This document shows, in pieces, positions 17,704 to 26,350 of a DNA stretch of 32,000 nucleotides. Source of the stretch: Saccharolobus solfataricus (GTDB lineage: Archaea > Thermoproteota > Thermoprotei_A > Sulfolobales > Sulfolobaceae); NCBI RefSeq assembly GCF_900079115.1, contig NZ_LT549890.1:390001-422000 (forward strand). Reading direction: 5' to 3'. How positions within the stretch are numbered: position 1 is the stretch's first letter; each line of letters begins with the position of its first letter. The position numbers and the translations under genes are program-made. A model generated the notes under the pieces. It saw only the letters and a list, made by a program, of their open reading frames with translations, did no database searches and was not told the DNA's origin.

Positions 17704-18609
17704 TTATAAACTAATATATCCAGCGACTCTTGGTTTTCCCTGTCTGACGTTAACGTTTAAGACAAGTATCCTATTGTCAACAATAGGTATTGGAACAGAT
17801 GACATAATCTTAGCTTTTTGATTATCGACTTTTATATTAGCTGCAATTCCATGACCCTTAACTATTATGTGATTTTGACCTTGATTTATAGTGGACCATT
17901 TGTAATTAGTTATTTGTCCTTCTATTTCCTTTACAACCTTAACATTTGGCTTAACCAAATACAGTAAATCTTCTATTTCCTCTTCTTTTACGTTTTTCAG
18001 AGCAAACCCTATTCTAACTCCGGTTGAAACACTCTTTTGATCCTCATCTAAAACTTGAATACTCTTTATTTCAACCTCCTTATTATAAGGTAACGCCACT
18101 AATTTCTCATGAACTTCAACATTGGTAAATGAGAATCCAGTAACTACGGTTCCAACACCTTTGACTGTGAATACTCTATCTACATATACTATTCCCTTAT
18201 CCTCCTCTTCGGTCTCGCTTAAGTCTGGAATATCATTATATAGATCGAATTTAGTAAAGGAGCTTAAAGAGCCTAAAATATTATTTATTTTACCTTGATC
18301 TAAGTTGGATATTACTATCTTGTTATGCGTATTTAGAGAATCAATTAAAAGTGCTAGCTCTCCATCCATCCACGTTAAAGTTTCTGGTATATATAATATT
18401 GCAGTCGACGAGAGTGATAATGCTTCAGCTAAATCTATAATTTTTTCCGGATACTCTGTAGTCAATAGGATTGATCTAATGTATTCCCCCTTTTTTCTAT
18501 AATATATTTTTGTCTTGGCGGTTTCATGAAGCTTACCTAGTTTTTCGGCTATCCCAGTTAGTTTATTCTTATCTGACGATAAGACTGTAATTATACTCCC
18601 GTAATACAT
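17704..18609 (-). CDS. EF-Tu/SelB-like translation-factor paralog with degenerate G domain
   Basis: 301 aa with a conserved EF-Tu domain II signature (VDRVFTVKGVGTVVTGF ... GVRIGFALKNV). G1 is replaced by TVLSSDKNKLTG (no GK[ST]). G3 DxPGH is replaced by TTEYPEK. G4 NKxD is replaced by SNLD. Confidence 0.65.
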   Translation of the reverse strand: MYYGSIITVLSSDKNKLTGIAEKLGKLHETAKTKIYYRKKGEYIRSILLTTEYPEKIIDLAEALSLSSTAILYIPETLTWMDGELALLIDSLNTHNKIVISNLDQGKINNILGSLSSFTKFDLYNDIPDLSETEEEDKGIVYVDRVFTVKGVGTVVTGFSFTNVEVHEKLVALPYNKEVEIKSIQVLDEDQKSVSTGVRIGFALKNVKEEEIEDLLYLVKPNVKVVKEIEGQITNYKWSTINQGQNHIIVKGHGIAANIKVDNQKAKIMSSVPIPIVDNRILVLNVNVRQGKPRVAGYISL

Positions 18610-18629
18610 ACGCTCACCTTAATATAAAG

Positions 18630-18637
18630 TTTATAAA
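18630..18637. promoter_or_regulatory. perfectly palindromic TATA box (TTTATAAA) shared by divergent genes
   Basis: The box is centred 25-26 nt from both the ATG at 18609 (minus strand) and the ATG at 18660 (plus strand), in a 50-bp intergenic region. Confidence 0.5.
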
Positions 18638-18659
18638 GCTTATAACAAAAGATTAACAT

Positions 18660-18941
18660 ATGAAGTTAATTGCGGCTGGTCTCACATTAATATTTCTTGG
18701 TTTCATCCTACTCTTCCTAGGTGTAGTATTGCAAGTTCAAACTCCCCAGACAACTACTTCATCTTCTCCGCAATTCGCAGGATTAGTGTTATTAGGACCA
18801 ATTCCAATAGCCTTTGGCAATGTCCCACCATCGGTCTTAAGTAACCTAATTATAGTAGGTGTTGTATTTACCATAATAATGTTAATCATCTATTTAATAA
18901 TGTTTATAATTGGAAGAAAAACTACCAGAGCTCCATTTTAG
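18660..18941 (+). CDS. small archaeal membrane protein (DUF131-like)
   Basis: 93 aa with two TM helices flanking [10 protein letters not shown]. As far as I recall, this matches the GPIPI.FG core of DUF131/TIGR00304 proteins. Confidence 0.55.
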   Translation: MKLIAAGLTLIFLGFILLFLGVVLQVQTPQTTTSSSPQFAGLVLLGPIPIAFGNVPPSVLSNLIIVGVVFTIIMLIIYLIMFIIGRKTTRAPF

Positions 18942-20029
18942 TTAGGAATTATTAAACTTCTTATTGCCTCTCCTTGCTCCAATAATTTTACTGCCTCGTT
19001 AATTTCTTCTAATCTGAACTTTCCAGTCACTAACGCAGTAGGGTCATATTTTCCCAATTTTACAAGTTCAATAAGTCTAGGCATATCTACTCTAGGCCTC
19101 CCTCCATAGTCTCCTATGATTTTAATACCCCCTCTAACTATACTTGCTATCCTAATTGGAATTTCAGCAGTAGTTGGAGGTAATCCCACTAGTACTACCT
19201 TTCCTCCTATTCTAACCATATCTAAAGACATTTTCACTGTTTCCGTAGTTCCTGCTACTTCTATTACAACATCCGGCCCTCCTCCAGTAATATTCTTAAC
19301 AGCTCTAACAACATCAGTCTCTTTAGAGTTAACTACATCACTAGCTCCTAGCTCTAACGCCTTTTCCAATTTCCATTTTCTAGTCCCGACTGCTATTATC
19401 CTTCCGGCACCAGCAATCTTTAACATCTGTATCACAGACAATCCTACACCGCCAACTCCAATTACAGCAACTGTTTCACCAGGCTCTATTTTAGCGGAAT
19501 TTACAGCACCATAAGCAGTTAAACCTGCACAACCCAATACTGCAACCTTTCTTAAATCCAAATCTTCCGGAACTTTAGTTAATGCAGTATAAGGTACCAT
19601 TGCGTATTCTGCAAATCCTCCTCCTAAAAATGCCCTTATCGGAGTTCCATCCTTAAAGTGTAATCTAGTTGTACCATCTAGTAATGTCCCATTTAGTCTA
19701 TTTTTCGCAAAGACTTCACATAAATTCTCCTTTCCCGTTATACAATTTTTGCATTTACCGCAGGGATGAATAAATGCTGATATAACCCTATCGCCAGGTT
19801 TAAAGTCTGTAACGTTATTTCCTACCTCCTCTATAACACCAGCTATTTCATGTCCCGCAATGACTGGTGGAGGGACTGGAGTTTTTCCTTCAAATACATT
19901 TACATCTGAATGACATAAGCCAGTTGCCTCAATTCTAATCTTTGTTTCACCTACCTTAGGTTCATCTATTTGAATATTATCCTCAATAATTAATGGCTCA
20001 TTATATTTATACAATATTGCTCCTTTCAT
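18938..20029 (-). CDS. adh: zinc-dependent alcohol dehydrogenase (MDR family)
   Basis: It has GLCHSDV, a structural-Zn Cys cluster ([15 protein letters not shown]), and the Rossmann motif GVGGVGL. The start is set at M9 (20029) because TTTAAATA (minus strand, 20060-20053) lies about 27 nt upstream and would cover the 20053 ATG. Confidence 0.9.
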   Translation of the reverse strand: MKGAILYKYNEPLIIEDNIQIDEPKVGETKIRIEATGLCHSDVNVFEGKTPVPPPVIAGHEIAGVIEEVGNNVTDFKPGDRVISAFIHPCGKCKNCITGKENLCEVFAKNRLNGTLLDGTTRLHFKDGTPIRAFLGGGFAEYAMVPYTALTKVPEDLDLRKVAVLGCAGLTAYGAVNSAKIEPGETVAVIGVGGVGLSVIQMLKIAGAGRIIAVGTRKWKLEKALELGASDVVNSKETDVVRAVKNITGGGPDVVIEVAGTTETVKMSLDMVRIGGKVVLVGLPPTTAEIPIRIASIVRGGIKIIGDYGGRPRVDMPRLIELVKLGKYDPTALVTGKFRLEEINEAVKLLEQGEAIRSLIIPN

Positions 20030-20052
20030 TAGTATAAGGTACAGTATAATCA

Positions 20053-20060
20053 TATTTAAA
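20053..20060 (-). promoter_or_regulatory. TATA box for adh
   Basis: TTTAAATA on the minus strand lies about 27 nt upstream of the ATG at 20029. Confidence 0.4.
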
Positions 20061-20078
20061 CATTTCTAAACATCTCCC

Positions 20079-20085
20079 TTTATAA
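20079..20085 (+). promoter_or_regulatory. TATA box for xpb
   Basis: TTTATAA lies about 27 nt upstream of the GTG at 20109. Confidence 0.4.
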
Positions 20086-20108
20086 CTGCGAAAACTATTC
20101 ATTATATC

Positions 20109-21443
20109 GTGGTACGATTACGATACTTTAAATGTTTATTACTATCCGATTTTTCAGCTCCCGGTTTAAGCTGGAATGATGAGTTTAAGTGCTATATAGG
20201 CCAAGCAAACAAGTATCGAGAAGTCCTTTATTACTATAAGAGGTCTCACGTTGAAGTTGAGGATAGCGTCCTAGAGTTATTACCTTTTCCTTTGATTGTA
20301 GATCGAATAAAATTAAGGGAATATCAGCAAGAGGCTTTGAATGCATGGTTAAAGAGTAAGCTAGGGATAATAGTGATTCCCACTGGAGGTGGAAAAACTG
20401 TAATAGGATTGAAGGCCATAGCTCTGATTAGGCTTGCTACACTAATAATAGTGCCTACAATCGATTTATTACAGCAATGGTATGAAAATATAAGAGAGTT
20501 ACTTGGAGTTGAGGCGGGGAGGGTAGGGGGAGGATATGATGAACTTAAGGGAATAACCGTAATTACGTATGATTCAGCGTACACTCAGCTAGAGAAAATA
20601 GGAAATAAATTTGGATTAGTAATTTTTGATGAAGTTCATCATCTACCTTCAGAAGGATATTCCATAATAGCTCAAGGTTTAGCTGCCCCATATAGATTAG
20701 GCTTGACTGCTACGCCAGAAAGAAGTGACGGAAGACACAAACTGTATCCATCACTCGTTGGGCCCTTAGTATATAGGATTACAGTTTCTAACCTAGTCGG
20801 AAAATATCTTTCAAGTTTTGAAATTCAACGTATATACGTAAATCTCACTGAAGACGAAGAGAAATTATATAGGCACTATAGAGGAATCCTAAAGAAATTT
20901 TTATCTCAACGTAATCTTAAGTTAAAGTCATTGAATGATTTCAATAGGCTACTTAGGCTAGCAGTTAAGGATAAGGAAGCTAGAGAGGCATTATTAGCAT
21001 GGCATGAAGCTCTCAAGATAGCTGTAAATTCCAAGGCAAAGTTAGAGAAGCTTAAAGACTTGCTCAAGGAGCTAAATGGTGAGAAAATTATAATATTTAC
21101 TAGAAATACGTCAATGGTATACGAGATATCAAGACTATTCTTAATTCCTGCAGTTACATACAAGACGAATAAGCAAGAAAGGATAGAGATTCTGGAGAAA
21201 TTTAGATCTGGAAAATACAATGTAATAGTAACTTCTAGTGTCCTCGATGAAGGTATTGACGTTCCAGATGCTTCTATTGGTATAGTTCTAGGAGGTTATG
21301 GAACCTCTAGGCAATTCATACAGAGGTTAGGTAGAATCTTAAGGAAGAAAGAGAATAAAAAAGCTAGATTGATAGAAATAATAACTAAAGGTACTAGTGA
21401 TTATAATTTAAGTAAAAGGCGAAGACAAAATGCTAACCTCTGA
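20109..21443 (+). CDS. xpb: XPB/Rad25-type SF2 DNA helicase
   Basis: Helicase motif I is VIPTGGGKT, motif II is IFDEVHH, and motif III is GLTATPER. A short N-terminal damage-recognition-like domain is present. The GTG start is supported by the TATA spacing. Confidence 0.9.
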   Translation: MVRLRYFKCLLLSDFSAPGLSWNDEFKCYIGQANKYREVLYYYKRSHVEVEDSVLELLPFPLIVDRIKLREYQQEALNAWLKSKLGIIVIPTGGGKTVIGLKAIALIRLATLIIVPTIDLLQQWYENIRELLGVEAGRVGGGYDELKGITVITYDSAYTQLEKIGNKFGLVIFDEVHHLPSEGYSIIAQGLAAPYRLGLTATPERSDGRHKLYPSLVGPLVYRITVSNLVGKYLSSFEIQRIYVNLTEDEEKLYRHYRGILKKFLSQRNLKLKSLNDFNRLLRLAVKDKEAREALLAWHEALKIAVNSKAKLEKLKDLLKELNGEKIIIFTRNTSMVYEISRLFLIPAVTYKTNKQERIEILEKFRSGKYNVIVTSSVLDEGIDVPDASIGIVLGGYGTSRQFIQRLGRILRKKENKKARLIEIITKGTSDYNLSKRRRQNANL

Positions 21444-22887
21444 TCTAGCTAGGTTTAAGATAGAAAATCAGAGGATAATTCCACTATTTGCTACAGATTC
21501 TGACATAGATGTAGCAAAGGAAGTCATTGACATGTTTAAAATAGGAGCAAAAGTTGGTGATATTCTAGAAGATTTAAAATATTTATCTAAAATATATGAT
21601 TATAAACTAGTCAAGGGATTAGGGAAAATTTATCTAAGATATTGTATCGTTGAAAGTGCGACTAAGATCGATTATATAGAATTGCGTAGGCAATTATTTA
21701 GTAGGGGTCCAGTATTAGAGGAGAACGATAAGGAGAGAGTATTAAAAGAGGTCGGTGACCTTTTTCACGTTGATCCCATAAAGGCTATGTATGAAGACCT
21801 TGACGTTGAAAAGAAAATAGTGGAACTCCCTAAATTTTCTCCAGAAGATCTATTAAAAATATATAATCTTTCCCTTTTGCAAACCATTATTTTCAACGCG
21901 TATAAGGTTACAGTTTCCGTTAGTGATGGCTGGAAAGAAATCGCGAGAAGAATAAAAATGCTAGGATTAATGTATTTAGCGTATGAAAATCCGCTTAGAA
22001 TAGAGATTTTTGGTCCATTGTCCCTAGTAAAGATGACAGAGAAATATGGGAGAAATTTAGCTGCATTAGTACCGTTTTTAGTCTCTAAGAATAAGTGGAC
22101 TATTATAGCTGATATAGTTTTAGGCAAAAATAAAAGAAGAACCTATAGACTGGAACTCTCGAGCGGCTATTCTAAACTCTTTAAGTATATTAATGATGAA
22201 GAGATGGAAAAGAGGTTTGATAGTTCAATTGAGGAAAAGTTTTACGAGGAGTTCAGAAGGGTCATAAGGGATTGGAATATAGTAAGGGAACCAGAACCTA
22301 TAGTGATAGAAAAAAGGCTTTATTTTCCGGATTTCGTACTTAGTAAAGGTAATATCAAAGTGTATGTAGAGATAATGGGATTTTGGACTAAAGAATATGT
22401 AAATTCTAAGATAGAGAAACTGAGAAACTTCAAATATCCGATTTTAGTTCTCTTGAATGAAGAGCTTTCATACGAAAATTACATACCGGATACTTTAAAT
22501 GTAATAAAATTTAAGAAAAAAATTGATATAGGTAAACTGTATTCAGCTTTAAGAGGCTTTCAAGCAAATGTTAACGAGGATATCGACTTAAGTGATGTTA
22601 ATGACGATATTATCTTGATTAAGGAGCTGTCTGCCAAATATAATGTTAATGAGAAGATAGTTAGAAGCAAGTTGATGCAAAGACCTGATTATATAGTACT
22701 TAAAAATTACGCTATAAAGAAAACGTTTATAGAAGAGCTAAAAAAGGAAGATTTCTCAAATACGCAACTTTCTTCATTAGTTAACAAATATGGAAATTAT
22801 ATAGTTGACATTATAGATTATCTAGGTTATAAAATTGTCTGGAAAAACATTTCCGATGCAATTGTAGAAAAGATCAAAGAGGTTTAA
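21430..22887 (+). CDS. bax1: Bax1 nuclease (XPB-associated, DUF790)
   Basis: 485 aa. It overlaps the xpb 3' end by 14 nt. The C-terminal restriction-endonuclease-like motif is YFPDFVL....KVYVEIMGFWTKEY. This is the canonical archaeal xpb-bax1 gene order. Confidence 0.8.
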   Translation: MLTSDLARFKIENQRIIPLFATDSDIDVAKEVIDMFKIGAKVGDILEDLKYLSKIYDYKLVKGLGKIYLRYCIVESATKIDYIELRRQLFSRGPVLEENDKERVLKEVGDLFHVDPIKAMYEDLDVEKKIVELPKFSPEDLLKIYNLSLLQTIIFNAYKVTVSVSDGWKEIARRIKMLGLMYLAYENPLRIEIFGPLSLVKMTEKYGRNLAALVPFLVSKNKWTIIADIVLGKNKRRTYRLELSSGYSKLFKYINDEEMEKRFDSSIEEKFYEEFRRVIRDWNIVREPEPIVIEKRLYFPDFVLSKGNIKVYVEIMGFWTKEYVNSKIEKLRNFKYPILVLLNEELSYENYIPDTLNVIKFKKKIDIGKLYSALRGFQANVNEDIDLSDVNDDIILIKELSAKYNVNEKIVRSKLMQRPDYIVLKNYAIKKTFIEELKKEDFSNTQLSSLVNKYGNYIVDIIDYLGYKIVWKNISDAIVEKIKEV

Positions 22888-24460
22888 AGGCTAACCTGAA
22901 TAACCAGTAGATCGCCTTTATCACTCCCGTCGTGTTATTGAGATTGATACTTGCGAAAGTGTACGCATATTTCCCTTGTGTCTCTTTTAGTTGTTTAAAT
23001 ACCCATTCAATGCTGTAGAATATTTTGTCTATCATGTATTGGACAGTCCTTTGAGCGAATTTGTTCTTGATACCTCCAGTGAGAATTGGTATCATCTCTC
23101 TCGTTATCTGTAAATCGTATTTCCACGATATGTATAGTACATCCCAATATCTGGTGGGCATTTTTTCTAACACTGGAAATGGATTATTTCTTATATAAGA
23201 AACTCCCATAGGTATGACCGGCAATGGGAATATCCAAGCTTTAAGTTTATGATCAATTATGGACTGAACTAAATCAATTGATTGATCAACATCTTCATTT
23301 GTCTCCTCTGGATAACCTATTGTCATAGTGTAACAAGGATAGATGTAATTATCGTTCATTATCGCAGTCGCATCAAGTATGACATCTTTCCACTCTCTAG
23401 GAGTCCAAGGGAATGGCTTTGCTCTCATGTACTTACTTAGTATCTTCTCACTTCCACTCTCTAGTCCAACCACTGGAGCAGCAGCTCTATCCTCATCATA
23501 TCTTGCAATCTCAGACATAGCCTTTACTGTTTGTGGACTACTTCTAACAGCTGGGGCAGAGATATGTGGAAACCATATCCCATCTACTCCCATATTCATG
23601 GTTTCGGTAAACAACTTTGTAATAGCTTCGTGATTTACCCTCAACTTCTGTGAACCGTACAGTAGGACATCATCAGTTATAAATTCAACCCTCTTTACAC
23701 CAGCCCTCATGTTAACTTCAACTTCCTTCTTCACAACGTCTAATGGTATCGTTCTAAAGGTTTCAGGGGTTATTGGACAGAATTGACATCCTCTTGGACA
23801 TCCTCTGGTTATTTGAACTTCCCCTAGTCTTGCAGGGTTTATTATTGGTGGTATTTCATTTACCTTTGGATTCTTGCCATAGACAACTTTAGGGACTTCT
23901 TGTCCATCAATTATGGATTTTACAACTCGTGGTAGATCTGCTTCAGCTTCTCCTATGAATATAACATCTGCCCAATCCTTATTCTCCTTGGTTAACTCCC
24001 AGCTCCCTGGCCCACCTACTATTACTTTAAAATTATACTTTGACTTAAGCTTCGAGATCTTTTCTCCAAATTCTTCGAAATATTTGGCTGTCCATGTAGG
24101 ACCACCTCCAAATATCATACTTAACTTAAAGCTAACTGGATTTAGGCCAAAGGGATCATGAACTGTTAATCCCACTACTTTAGTCTTCTGGTTTATTGCT
24201 TTCTCTAGTCTGTGCGGAGGTATTACTACAACGCTATCGAATCCCGCATGAACAAGCGTACTTTCTACTTTTCTAAGAGCGTACGGTGCTACTATTGCTC
24301 TTCCTTCAGAATCCACTGGGACATCTGGAGTGAAGAATCTATCCATAAAGAATTTGGGTATTAGTCTTGATGGCATGCAAGCTACATAACCTAATACACT
24401 TGAACCCCCATAATCTGTAAAAGACCCTTTATCCGCGGTTAATATGATCTCCCATGCCAT
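22874..24460 (-). CDS. radical SAM enzyme with an N-terminal B12-binding-like domain
   Basis: It has CxxxCxxC (RGCPRGCQFCPI) and an N-terminal Rossmann-like region (KVVGLTVHDP...KVIVGGPG). The start is set at M14 (24460) because TTTTATAG (minus strand, about 24492-24485) lies about 25-30 nt upstream. The tracked start is 24499. Confidence 0.85.
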   Translation of the reverse strand: MAWEIILTADKGSFTDYGGSSVLGYVACMPSRLIPKFFMDRFFTPDVPVDSEGRAIVAPYALRKVESTLVHAGFDSVVVIPPHRLEKAINQKTKVVGLTVHDPFGLNPVSFKLSMIFGGGPTWTAKYFEEFGEKISKLKSKYNFKVIVGGPGSWELTKENKDWADVIFIGEAEADLPRVVKSIIDGQEVPKVVYGKNPKVNEIPPIINPARLGEVQITRGCPRGCQFCPITPETFRTIPLDVVKKEVEVNMRAGVKRVEFITDDVLLYGSQKLRVNHEAITKLFTETMNMGVDGIWFPHISAPAVRSSPQTVKAMSEIARYDEDRAAAPVVGLESGSEKILSKYMRAKPFPWTPREWKDVILDATAIMNDNYIYPCYTMTIGYPEETNEDVDQSIDLVQSIIDHKLKAWIFPLPVIPMGVSYIRNNPFPVLEKMPTRYWDVLYISWKYDLQITREMIPILTGGIKNKFAQRTVQYMIDKIFYSIEWVFKQLKETQGKYAYTFASINLNNTTGVIKAIYWLFRLAFKPL

Positions 24461-24671
24461 AATATTATATTTTACTTTCCTACTATAAAAAGTATTCATT
24501 ATAGGGCGTATAAAAGAGTAATATTTAATTTATGTAAACTTTTTTATTGTATATAGAATTATACTAAAGCTTGGAACTATTACGTCTAATTACTTTTAGC
24601 TAGTTAAATGTAAACAATCTTACTATGTGAGAAAGTTAAAAAGGGAGGCATATAAATTAAATAATATTAAG

Positions 24672-25769
24672 ATGTTACAGCAAGATGTTAAATATTCTGA
24701 AGAAGTGATAGAGGCTGAATTTTCAGTTGAAGGGTATAGCCTCATCGATTATAAAAGATCTTATACGTTAAGTCGAGCTTTAGTTAATGGTAAATGGATA
24801 GTTTATGATGGTAACAGATTAGAGAGTAGTCAAAAAATAAAGGAGTTTGAAATTTGTGAAGACTTTTATCATGAATCAGTGAAGGCGTGGCCGAATAAGG
24901 AAAAGTATTCCAGACTCTTCACTAATATTAAATTAAATGAAGATGACCAACTAAAAGTTATAAGCAAGAAAATTTCAAAGTCTATCTTAATTCACGATGT
25001 TAAGGAGTGCCGCGAAGAAAAAGTAGTAAACTATGTAGAGTATAACGATTTAAATTTCTCATATGCTGGTAACCCTAAAGATATACCGTCAATTGTAGAA
25101 TATTTAAGGGCAAGTCAGTCCCAACTTACTTCTCCATCTAGACAAGTCTTAACTGAGAGTGGCAGACTAACTTTCATATTAGATTCTGAAATAGTAGCCT
25201 CCATTTTCCATTACGTTCTTAGGAATTTTTTAAATGGTAACTCACCTAAGTTGAAATTAAATGAAAAAATATCAAGTGAAATTACAATTTATGATAATCC
25301 ATTAAATTCATTCTCCTCATCCTTTTCAGTCTTTGATGATGAGGGAGTAAAAACAAAGAAGAAAGAGATTATTGGAGATGGGATAATTACAAATTATTTA
25401 GGAACACTTACTTCAAAGTACGGTGAAGCAGGGAACGCACGAGGTATTTTACCAAAACCAGATTATTTCTCCTTAGAAGTAAAGCAAGGAGACTGGTCTC
25501 TTAATGAACTAATTGATGAAAGTAGAGGGGCGTACATTGCCATGGGTGTTAAGAAGTCGGAATTAATACGTAATAGTATTAGAATAACTCCGAGAAGTGT
25601 AGTTAAAATAGGCCAAGGACAAATATTCTTTAGGGAGATTGCAATTCCACTTCAAGAACTGGTTACAATTGATGCTGTTACTAGAGAGAATAGAGGGGTA
25701 TTTATTGACGAGGAACATGGAGGTGTAACTCCATACGTAAGAATGAAGGTAAGAGCGATATTGTACTAA
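24672..25769 (+). CDS. PmbA/TldE-like protein (peptidase U62 family, no HExxxH)
   Basis: [24 protein letters not shown] and the C-terminal glycine-rich region are typical of TldD/PmbA. I found no HExxxH. The start at M16 (24672) is preferred; the tracked GTG at 24627 is possible. Confidence 0.7.
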   Translation: MLQQDVKYSEEVIEAEFSVEGYSLIDYKRSYTLSRALVNGKWIVYDGNRLESSQKIKEFEICEDFYHESVKAWPNKEKYSRLFTNIKLNEDDQLKVISKKISKSILIHDVKECREEKVVNYVEYNDLNFSYAGNPKDIPSIVEYLRASQSQLTSPSRQVLTESGRLTFILDSEIVASIFHYVLRNFLNGNSPKLKLNEKISSEITIYDNPLNSFSSSFSVFDDEGVKTKKKEIIGDGIITNYLGTLTSKYGEAGNARGILPKPDYFSLEVKQGDWSLNELIDESRGAYIAMGVKKSELIRNSIRITPRSVVKIGQGQIFFREIAIPLQELVTIDAVTRENRGVFIDEEHGGVTPYVRMKVRAILY

Positions 25770-25801
25770 AGCAAGATATAATAAATGCATATGATAATAT
25801 A

Positions 25802-26350
25802 GTGTATAGAAGAAAGCCTAATCCTTATGTCAAATTGATAAATGGAGATAAGATTATTGATGTAGGTTGTGGATCTGGTCAAAATTGTGACCAATTTAAG
25901 GGAAGACTAGTTATTTGCTTAGATCTTTCACTAAATCAATTAAATCAAGCTCGTAAAAAAGGATGTCAAAATTTAGTACAAGCAGATATGGAATATTTAC
26001 CATTTAGAGATTCATCAGTTGATTCTCTAGCCTATATAGCGTCTCTTCATCATTTGAGAGATCCATCTCAAGCTTTAGGGGAAGCTCAAAGGGTGCTAAA
26101 AGATAAAGGTGAAATACTGGTTACTGTATGGTTAGTACAACTAAAGTTTTTCTTCTTAAGAAGATATATAATCAAGAGAAGTCTCATAAACGGCAAAGAG
26201 GTTAGACGTTTCTATAGACTTTATTACCCTTGGGAATTAAAGCGAATAATGGAAAGCAAGGGTTTCGTTACAAAAATCTATAAGTTATATAGAGTAAATA
26301 GTTTATTGCCAAATAATTCCCTTTATTACGGTATCAAATCAACTGCTTAG
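25802..26350 (+). CDS. class I SAM-dependent methyltransferase
   Basis: Motif I is [11 protein letters not shown], followed by the post-I acidic CLDLS and then ADMEYLPF. The GTG start leaves only 19 aa before motif I. Confidence 0.8.
   Translation: MYRRKPNPYVKLINGDKIIDVGCGSGQNCDQFKGRLVICLDLSLNQLNQARKKGCQNLVQADMEYLPFRDSSVDSLAYIASLHHLRDPSQALGEAQRVLKDKGEILVTVWLVQLKFFFLRRYIIKRSLINGKEVRRFYRLYYPWELKRIMESKGFVTKIYKLYRVNSLLPNNSLYYGIKSTA

Noticed and set aside
19116-19514. A 132-aa plus-strand ORF.
   Set aside because: It is antisense to the alcohol dehydrogenase gene. The Pro/Thr/Ile-rich sequence is typical of the reverse frame of a Gly/Val-rich Rossmann region.
20030-20053. Upstream alternative starts in the ORF track: adh 20053, radical SAM 24499, trpS 2213, DUF72 3775, tatA 28487.
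   Set aside because: In each case a TATA-like box lies about 25-30 nt upstream of a downstream in-frame ATG, which also matches the family-typical N-terminus. The longer versions would place the TATA box inside the ORF. These are judgement calls and are not proven.
20536-20542. C-box-like AUGAUGA here (and at 22193-22199, 31785-31791) as possible C/D box sRNAs.
   Set aside because: All are inside coding sequences. I found no CUGA D box at the expected distance of about 45-60 nt, and no terminal stem, so they are most likely chance codon strings.
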